From Dehalococcoidia bacterium (lineage in GTDB: Bacteria > Chloroflexota > Dehalococcoidia > Dehalococcoidales > W693): a stretch of DNA of 33,754 nucleotides. Position 1 is the first letter of the stretch. Every line of letters starts with the position of its first letter. Under the pieces are notes generated by a model. That model did no database searches, had not been told where the DNA came from, and worked only from the letters and a program-made list of their open reading frames with translations. Both the position numbers and the translations under genes were made by a program. This document shows positions 26,118 through 32,037 of the stretch, in pieces. Where the stretch lies: positions 1-33,754 of the forward strand of contig DUFE01000087.1 of NCBI GenBank assembly GCA_011170385.1, in the 5' to 3' direction.

Positions 26118-27101
26118 TCAACCGCCTATTTGCCACATCTGCCGTTTCCCACGGACGAACTCCTCGCCCAGGCGGTGATGCTCTCTTTTCATATTGGCTG
26201 CTTCCTGTATCAGCCTTGCCAGCTCTTCAATGCTGGCGCCACTGCGTAGAGGTCCTTTGATATCTACCTCATCGTCCTCAAGAAGGCAGGGTCTCAATCC
26301 GCCATCAGCAGTCAGGCGGAAACGGTTACAGTTGGCACAGAAGCAATCAGTAACTGCACCGATAAAGCCAACCGTACCTTCGGCGCCGTGCAGCTTATAA
26401 TACTTCGCTGGGCCGTTGCCCTTGGTCGGCAGGCACGGCTCCATCTTGCCGAGCGATTGCTGGATCGATTCTAGAATATCGCCGACGGCAACCACCCGGT
26501 TTCCTTCGCCTTCGGTATCGGCAAACGGCATATACTCTATATATCTTATATGCCAGCCTTCATCTAGGCTCATACGTGCGAAATCGATAACTTCATCATC
26601 GTTTATACCTTTAAGGACAACCATATTTATCTTCACCGGATCCAGGCCGACTTTCTTCGCCGCCTCTATGCCATTCAGTACTTCCCCAAGCTTATCGGTG
26701 CCGGTTATATATTTGAACCTGTCCGCTTTGAACGAATCCAGGCTTATATTAACCCGTTTCAACCCGGCTTCCTTGAGCTCGGCGGCATATTTAGCCAGTA
26801 GAGCGCCGTTGGTGGTAAGAGATATATCGGTGATTCCGTCCACCTGTGAAAGCAATTCCACCAGAGCACTTACGTCGGGCCTGACCAGCGGCTCGCCACC
26901 AGTTATGCGCAAGCTTTTCACCCCCAGTCCTACCGCCGCTTTGACTATCCTCTGTATTTCCTTATATCGCAAGATATCATCATGCGTCAGGCGCGGCACT
27001 GATCTCGCCGTGCAATATATGCAGCACATATTGCATCGGTCGGTTATCGAGATGCGCATGTAGTTTATGCGTCGATGGTATGTATCAAAAAGCCCCGACA
27101 T
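26118..27101 (-). CDS. moaA: GTP 3',8-cyclase (radical SAM)
   Basis: 327 aa. ISITDRCNMCCIYC (CX3CX2C), ITGGEPL, and the C-terminal CxxCNRFRLTADG cluster motif. Confidence 0.9.
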   Translation of the reverse strand: MSGLFDTYHRRINYMRISITDRCNMCCIYCTARSVPRLTHDDILRYKEIQRIVKAAVGLGVKSLRITGGEPLVRPDVSALVELLSQVDGITDISLTTNGALLAKYAAELKEAGLKRVNISLDSFKADRFKYITGTDKLGEVLNGIEAAKKVGLDPVKINMVVLKGINDDEVIDFARMSLDEGWHIRYIEYMPFADTEGEGNRVVAVGDILESIQQSLGKMEPCLPTKGNGPAKYYKLHGAEGTVGFIGAVTDCFCANCNRFRLTADGGLRPCLLEDDEVDIKGPLRSGASIEELARLIQEAANMKREHHRLGEEFVRGKRQMWQIGG

Positions 27102-27253
27102 ATCTACCTTTTAATCCTGTCACAGATACTACCTAATTTAAGCAGTATTCGCACATTTATGCAAATCTTTACGATCTGGGGCTTGTTTATGCCGGCATGG
27201 AAATGATAAACTCTTTAAGGAATTCACTTGTGAATACTTCATCATCACCAAAT

Positions 27254-27328
27254 GCGGGTGTAACTCAGCGGCAGAGTGCTTGCTTCCCAAGCAAGACGTC
27301 GAGGGTTCGAATCCCTTCACCCGCTCCA
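27254..27328 (+). tRNA. tRNA-Gly (anticodon CCC)
   Basis: GCGGGTG...CACCCGC-T-CCA. Anticodon stem CTTGC/GCAAG, loop TTCCCAA, T arm GAGGG-TTCGAAT-CCCTT. Confidence 0.9.
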
Positions 27329-27376
27329 CAAAATTTCTTTATATCTCTTTTTTGCTTAACAAATTGCTTAACTTTT

Positions 27377-27796
27377 TTACTCATTACTTACCTCCTGCTT
27401 TTTATGAGTACTCAATTTATAACCTACCATTTCAAGAAGACTAGGATCTAAAACATCTTCCGGATGTAGTTCTGGCTTATGTACTTCTAAGGATGGTATT
27501 ATCTCTAATACCCAATTCTCCAGTTTTTTCAAAATAGATAGATATTCTTTCAAAGAGAGGGAATTCCATTTTGCCCCTTTTGCTAAATATGAAAGAAGAG
27601 CAGCGTAAATATAATGCTGCTCAGGTGGAAGATTTTCAGCTATATTGTGAATATACTCGAAAAAATAATCCTCTTCATCATCATTAAGACTTAGAATAGA
27701 CCCTGGTTTGTATTTAGTAGCACAGTCAATTACAGGGTTTGTGGTAAAGATCCCATATGAATATTTACTGATAATTTCCGCATTTCTTTGGAAAAT
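27377..27796 (-). pseudogene. 139-codon open frame without a canonical start (possible 5'-truncated gene remnant)
   Basis: The minus-strand frame is open from the TAA at 27797-27799 to the TAA at 27377-27379 (…YSYGIFTTNPVIDCATKYKPGSILSLNDDEEDYFFEYIHNIAENLPPEQHYIYAALLSYLAKGAKW…). The first ATG/GTG/TTG comes only about 58 codons from the end. No family recognised. Confidence 0.3.
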
Positions 27797-27974
27797 TTAA
27801 GGTTTTTAAGATTTTTCAATCGTAAAAAGCCTTATCAACTACCCCCTTTTAATCATGATAATTCCTGTTAAAAAGTTAACATTATCCAACATAACACTTT
27901 CATTGAGATGGGTTCCGTTTAGGTTATTTTTCTTCTTTTTAAGTGTTGGGTAAAATGGTTATTTTAACAATTGG

Positions 27975-28027
27975 CAAAATTTTGCATAAGCCCCAATGAA
28001 AAATGTGATTATGCCGTAAGAATAGGA
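27975..28027 (+). repeat. 53-nt direct repeat, copy 1
   Basis: caaaattttgcataagccccaatgaaaaatgtgattatgccgtaagaatagga. It matches 29208-29260 at 50/53 positions and lies 172 nt upstream of the HTH gene start. Confidence 0.85.
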
Positions 28028-28198
28028 CTATTAGATAAAACAATCGTATTGCTCTCTCCAACAAGTTGATGTTTAGTTCGATCTAGTACAAAAGTTTGGT
28101 AAAAATAGCCCAAATATGGGATAGGCGGGGGTATGCTTTATTAATATTATTGTGTCAAGAGGTATCATTATGTCTCAGACCGAGAGGTTACTTGAATA

Positions 28199-28420
28199 AT
28201 GCCTATACGAATAAATGGGCAAACCTACTATAGAACGGCAGAAACATGTCAGGAGATTGGAATAAGCCGAGCAACTCTCTATAGATGGCTAAGAAAAGGC
28301 CTCCTTGTGAAATCATATAAAGATCGAAGAGGATGGAGACTATTCACCGAGGACGATCTGCATAAGCTCAATGTAAAAGCTATGGAGGTTCAGATAGAAA
28401 ACATTTATATTGGGAAGTGA
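28199..28420 (+). CDS. MerR/excisionase-type helix-turn-helix protein
   Basis: 73 aa. YYRTAETCQEIGISRATLYRWLRKGLLVKSYKDRRGWRLFTEDDL matches the HTH_17/excisionase pattern. Confidence 0.7.
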   Translation: MPIRINGQTYYRTAETCQEIGISRATLYRWLRKGLLVKSYKDRRGWRLFTEDDLHKLNVKAMEVQIENIYIGK

Positions 28421-28552
28421 AGATGCAAAGATTAGCTCGAAACCACCTGTTGGAGAATATCAAGGAATTAAATCTAGATGATATAAAAGGTAGTAAAACC
28501 ACTGAGCGGGGTTACTTTATATTTAGGTAAAAAGGCTAGAGGGAGGAGTCAA

Positions 28553-29089
28553 ATGGAAACCAAGGAAAAAAAGGAAGATGTTAACGGTGATGGCGATGGG
28601 ACATTGGCAGAGGTGATGGATCAATTATTAAAGGAAGCTGAGAATATCATCGAAGATATTGGCGAAGAGGTTAGAAAGGAACTGGCAGACGAGATAAGCA
28701 TAATCCATGACCAATTTGACAAAAAGAGAAATCAGATTATGGAAAAAGCCAAAAAGATGGCTGGTAATAAAGCAACTAAGATTACTGATAATATTAGAGA
28801 AACTTTGATAAAACAAATCGAGCTCTCATCAACCAATAGAATTTCAGATATATGCGATCGAGCAGACCATGCATTAAAAGATATATTGAATTTAAACCCT
28901 CCTCAAGCTAAAGATGTTAACAAAGAAGCATTAGTCAATAATAAGTCTGAGATGAAAGAGGATTCTTCTAAAATAGAGGGAGAAAATATGGTTAAAGCTC
29001 AAGGCATAGATGACATTGATTTCTCAACTATAGAAATAAAAGACAGCGGAAAATCTGATCAAAGTTTTGATGATTGGTTAAAACAATGA
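28553..29089 (+). CDS. Acidic, predicted coiled-coil hypothetical protein
   Basis: 178 aa, RBS GGGAGGAG, rich in E/K/D. No family recognised. Confidence 0.6.
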   Translation: METKEKKEDVNGDGDGTLAEVMDQLLKEAENIIEDIGEEVRKELADEISIIHDQFDKKRNQIMEKAKKMAGNKATKITDNIRETLIKQIELSSTNRISDICDRADHALKDILNLNPPQAKDVNKEALVNNKSEMKEDSSKIEGENMVKAQGIDDIDFSTIEIKDSGKSDQSFDDWLKQ

Positions 29090-29207
29090 GTCAATAAATG
29101 TACTCTAGGTGACAAAAGGAGTCAAACTAGAGTCTGTTAGGTTAATACTTAATTGAGTTTAAAACAAGATATTATCCCTTATATTGCTTGTAATAGAAAT
29201 ACTATGA

Positions 29208-29260
29208 CAAAATTTTGCATAAGCCCAAATGAAAAATGTGATTATGTCGTAAGACTAGGA
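29208..29260 (+). repeat. 53-nt direct repeat, copy 2
   Basis: caaaattttgcataagcccaaatgaaaaatgtgattatgtcgtaagactagga. It lies 183 nt upstream of the NfeD-like start. Confidence 0.85.
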
Positions 29261-29351
29261 ATGCTTAGTTGAATTGTTTTGCCACATATACTTCCATATA
29301 CCCCCTACCCCCCATAGTCTAATATTGAAATCATAGCCCCGTATTACGAAT

Positions 29352-29392
29352 TATCTAACCTATTGACAGTATCTATATCGGAGGGTAGATTT
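29352..29392 (+). promoter_or_regulatory. Repeated promoter-like module, copy A (TTGACA-N17-TAGATT)
   Basis: tatctaacctaTTGACAgtatctatatcggagggTAGATTt, with -35 at 29363-29368 and -10 at 29386-29391. About 50 nt upstream of ATG 29443. Confidence 0.5.
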
Positions 29393-29442
29393 AATTGACT
29401 ACTATTCTGGGGACTACTTCTGAAATCGTTTAACTAGAATAC

Positions 29443-29838
29443 ATGTTGAAAAGAATCAATTTAAGACTACTTCTCACTATTATCATCTCTTTGGTCGACG
29501 ACGCTATCATTATATTAATCCTGTTTTTCATACTATTACATTTCGGTATTGAGATGCCTATATGGCTTATCATCACCTTAGCATTGATATTTTCTTTGAT
29601 TACCTATGTATTATATCGTGCATTAAAGAAAAATCCGCTACTTGGCTTTGAAAACATGGTTGGTAAGAGCGGAGTAGCAATAAGTACAATAACACACAAG
29701 GGTACTATTAAAATAGGCAGAGAATTGTGAGCTGCTAAAACTGACCAAAACGACATTGAAAAGGGGGAAGAAGTCACCGTTATAGGACAGACAGGTCTCA
29801 AACTTACAGTTATTAAGAAAAACCAAGTAGAATTATAG
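29443..29838 (+). pseudogene. NfeD-like membrane protein interrupted by an in-frame TGA at the conserved Trp position
   Basis: TM-rich N-terminus, then MVGKSGVAISTITHKGTIKIGREL-TGA(29728-29730)-AAKTDQNDIEKGEEVTVIGQTGLKLTVIKKNQVEL, with TAG at 29836-29838. The NfeD OB-fold consensus reads GExWxA at that spot. Confidence 0.6.
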
Positions 29839-29839
29839 G

Positions 29840-29880
29840 TATCTAACTTATTGACAACACCTATATCGGGGAGTAGATTA
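29840..29880 (+). promoter_or_regulatory. Repeated promoter-like module, copy B (TTGACA-N17-TAGATT)
   Basis: tatctaacttaTTGACAacacctatatcggggagTAGATTa, with -35 at 29851-29856 and -10 at 29874-29879. Confidence 0.5.
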
Positions 29881-29928
29881 TCCATAATTGAATATTACCT
29901 GGGTGGGTGGATGAGGCGAATATGATGA

Positions 29929-29972
29929 GGGCACTAGTTTCGCTTGACTAAAGTGTAGCTGGTGCTCTTTTT
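29929..29972 (+). terminator. Repeated hairpin + U-tract element, copy A
   Basis: GGGCACUAGUU...AGCUGGUGCUC forms about 11 bp (3 G-U pairs) with a 17-nt loop, followed by TTTTT. It sits between promoter copy B and the RBS/ATG of the 29999 gene. Confidence 0.45.
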
Positions 29973-29998
29973 AAAATTATTAGCAAGGGAGGTGTGTA

Positions 29999-30271
29999 AT
30001 GAGTAACTATCGTAAGGCTTTGATATTAACAGCTATTCCAATAGTAGTTTTATGCCTAATCAGTATTGGATTAATGTTCGCTCATTATGACCGCCTTGGT
30101 GAGCAGATTGGTTGGGGCGCATCTGGCTTATTGGTAATATCTATTGTAGCGGCAATAGTGTGTAACATTAGAGGTATGAAACAAATAGCAAAGGGGATAT
30201 GGAAGGGATTTATTATTGGGTTCGTTGCTTTGATAGTAACCTTTGTTTGGACTTCATTGGCTGCTATATAA
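29999..30271 (+). CDS. Small membrane protein (about 3 TM), hypothetical
   Basis: 90 aa, RBS AAGGGAGG, hydrophobic segments. Confidence 0.6.
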   Translation: MSNYRKALILTAIPIVVLCLISIGLMFAHYDRLGEQIGWGASGLLVISIVAAIVCNIRGMKQIAKGIWKGFIIGFVALIVTFVWTSLAAI

Positions 30272-30276
30272 AATAA

Positions 30277-30319
30277 GGGCACTAGTGTCGCTTAACTAAA
30301 GTGTAGCTGGTGCTCTTTT
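30277..30319 (+). terminator. Repeated hairpin + U-tract element, copy B
   Basis: 41/43 identical to copy A. It starts 6 nt after the stop at 30271 and precedes ATG 30342. Confidence 0.45.
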
Positions 30320-30341
30320 ATATAGGTATAAGGTAAGTAGG

Positions 30342-31487
30342 ATGAGAGTATTAATTTCAATATTTCTAGCAATAATTATGTTATCACTTTTTGCCTGTGC
30401 TGGTGAAACAACTATTACTAATACGTTTACGATCACTCAAATAGAAAATCAAACACAAGAAATAACTACTACTGTCACGACAACTCAACCAACTCAAACG
30501 GTAACTGATACCATTACATCAACAATAACTATAACTAATACAATAACTACTGCCGAAACAATAACCACAATTACCACCACAACGGTTACTACGACTACTA
30601 CAAATACACTGGTACCTACTGTAGAAGGTGTTCAACTCATTTCCGAGACCGATTGCGAGGATGGTAGTCTATGCTATCATGTGGAGGTTGAACGTCTAGG
30701 CCTAGCCCCAAGGGAAGCTGAAATAAGGGCTAGCTTTAATCCAGATTCGAAGGGCACCGTTATTTTTCTCGTTGGAGGCTGGGGCAAAGGCTGGTATGGT
30801 GATGCTGGTGAACTACAACTGGGGATAATAAATATAATGCGTGACGAAGGCTATGAGACTTATGAGATAAGATGGCTTGGAGATTTTGGTTGGGGTACAG
30901 ACAACTTCGGACAGGGATTTAAAAGGCTATCTTGCGGTACTGCAAAGATTATAACTTGGATAGTCACCAACATTGCCAGTAATCCTAACGTTGTAGGTGC
31001 AACAGGCCAGAGTGGCGGAGCCAATGAGCTTGCCTATGGCCTCAGCATCCATAACCTGGAGAGTATCATCGACGTTATCGTACTAACTGGAGGTCCTGGA
31101 AGGGTGGACCTGGTTGCAATATGCCAAATGGATGTTCCCAATGTAAGGGGGATAGTCGACTATGTTATGGGCTGGCAGGGAGATGGAGACTATTGCACTG
31201 GTGGCAATTGCCCTGAATGGGTGGTACAAGCCCTGCAATCAGAGAGTATTATCACCCCTTTGTCCTACGAATACAGGGATTACGATTATCCAAACACACA
31301 GGTGATATTTATTGAAGGTGAGGAGGATATTTTTACACCTCAGGGTAGGATATTCTTTGACGCTATTACGTGTATGAAGCAATGGATAGAACTAGAAGGG
31401 TTAGGGCACGGGATTCCAGGCACACCATTGGGTGCGTCGTCAATAAAAGATAGTCTTCTGGAAGGTTTAGGTAATATTGTTAACTAA
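30342..31487 (+). CDS. Secreted lipoprotein: Thr/Ile-rich low-complexity linker + alpha/beta-hydrolase-like domain
   Basis: 381 aa. Signal peptide with lipobox LFAC, about 70 aa of T/I-rich repeats (TTITNTFTITQ...TTTTVTTTTTN), a GATGQSGG nucleophile elbow (GxSxG), a late LGHG, and several Cys pairs. Confidence 0.65.
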   Translation: MRVLISIFLAIIMLSLFACAGETTITNTFTITQIENQTQEITTTVTTTQPTQTVTDTITSTITITNTITTAETITTITTTTVTTTTTNTLVPTVEGVQLISETDCEDGSLCYHVEVERLGLAPREAEIRASFNPDSKGTVIFLVGGWGKGWYGDAGELQLGIINIMRDEGYETYEIRWLGDFGWGTDNFGQGFKRLSCGTAKIITWIVTNIASNPNVVGATGQSGGANELAYGLSIHNLESIIDVIVLTGGPGRVDLVAICQMDVPNVRGIVDYVMGWQGDGDYCTGGNCPEWVVQALQSESIITPLSYEYRDYDYPNTQVIFIEGEEDIFTPQGRIFFDAITCMKQWIELEGLGHGIPGTPLGASSIKDSLLEGLGNIVN

Positions 31488-31631
31488 CACAAGTACTGTT
31501 ATACACCGTTTTTCAATTATATCCCGAATCTATAACTCATAAGCCCTTGGTTACTGTTATAAACCTGCACCGCTTTTCATAGAAAGCACGCACCAGACTA
31601 TCTAATGCTAGACTATCTACTGATTGCTTGC

Positions 31632-31871
31632 TTAAAGATTTACTTTGATCTGCTCTAGGGAGCCCTCGATACATAGCAGAATAGAACGGGCAAGAACGAT
31701 GGCAACCTTGGCAGGGACTGTCATTTCTCCCCTTTTACCCTCGAAGTCCCAGAACTCGAAGGTTACATTATCCTGGTCTTCCTGGCGCACTACCAGCTTG
31801 TCGGCATCGGCGAAATCGACATACTCCATACCGGAAGTGTATTTCACCCAGGTTTTTATCTGCGATGTCAT
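31632..31871 (-). CDS. Hypothetical 79-aa protein
   Basis: Strong RBS GGGAGGTG 5 nt before the ATG. Composition is closer to the host than to the island. Confidence 0.55.
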   Translation of the reverse strand: MTSQIKTWVKYTSGMEYVDFADADKLVVRQEDQDNVTFEFWDFEGKRGEMTVPAKVAIVLARSILLCIEGSLEQIKVNL

Positions 31872-31968
31872 ATTTCACCTCCCTCTATCTTAATAAAAGT
31901 ATAGAATTACTATGCAGGTTATTAATATAGCACTTGGAATAGCCTTTGTGAAGATGTATGTATCGATA

Positions 31969-31998
31969 TTGACCTGTATATATACGGAATAGTATACT
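31969..31998 (+). promoter_or_regulatory. Candidate promoter for the mannosylglycerate gene
   Basis: TTGACC (31969-31974), 18-nt spacer, TATACT (31993-31998). The RBS GGAGAAGG lies before ATG 32038. Confidence 0.4.
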
Positions 31999-32037
31999 CA
32001 TCGGTGTGCAAGGACAAATAGAGTTGGAGAAGGCGTA

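Larger units (their letters stand above)
27329..31630. mobile_element. AT-rich putative genomic island abutting the tRNA-Gly 3' end (no integrase seen, right boundary approximate)
   Basis: Composition turns abruptly AT-rich directly after the tRNA. The segment holds short orphan genes, an excisionase/MerR-like HTH, decayed ORFs and duplicated intergenic modules. Host-like composition resumes around 31630-32040. Confidence 0.4.

Noticed and set aside
27102-27253. Possible Moco riboswitch in the moaA leader
   Set aside because: I could not recognise the conserved Moco-motif elements by eye. The only notable feature is a 10-bp palindrome ATGCCGGCAT (27189-27198). A covariance-model scan is needed before any claim.
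27138-27451. Track ORFs 27138-27329 (-) and 27197-27451 (+)
   Set aside because: Both overlap the tRNA-Gly gene and AT-rich non-coding flanks, and neither has RBS or family support.
28423-28530. 35-codon ORF (MQRLARNHLLENIKELNLDDIKGSKTTERGYFIFR) between the HTH and coiled-coil genes
   Set aside because: It is short, has only a weak RBS and no recognisable family. It may be real but cannot be supported from sequence alone.
29728-29730. TGA recoded as Trp (alternative genetic code)
   Set aside because: TGA clearly terminates other well-supported genes in the window (e.g. the SDR gene at 23067-23069), and Trp is encoded by TGG throughout. A point mutation or error is more parsimonious.
27975-30319. 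Repeated intergenic elements as a CRISPR array
   Set aside because: There are three different repeat families with only two copies each. They are separated by whole genes at irregular distances. This is not a repeat-spacer array.
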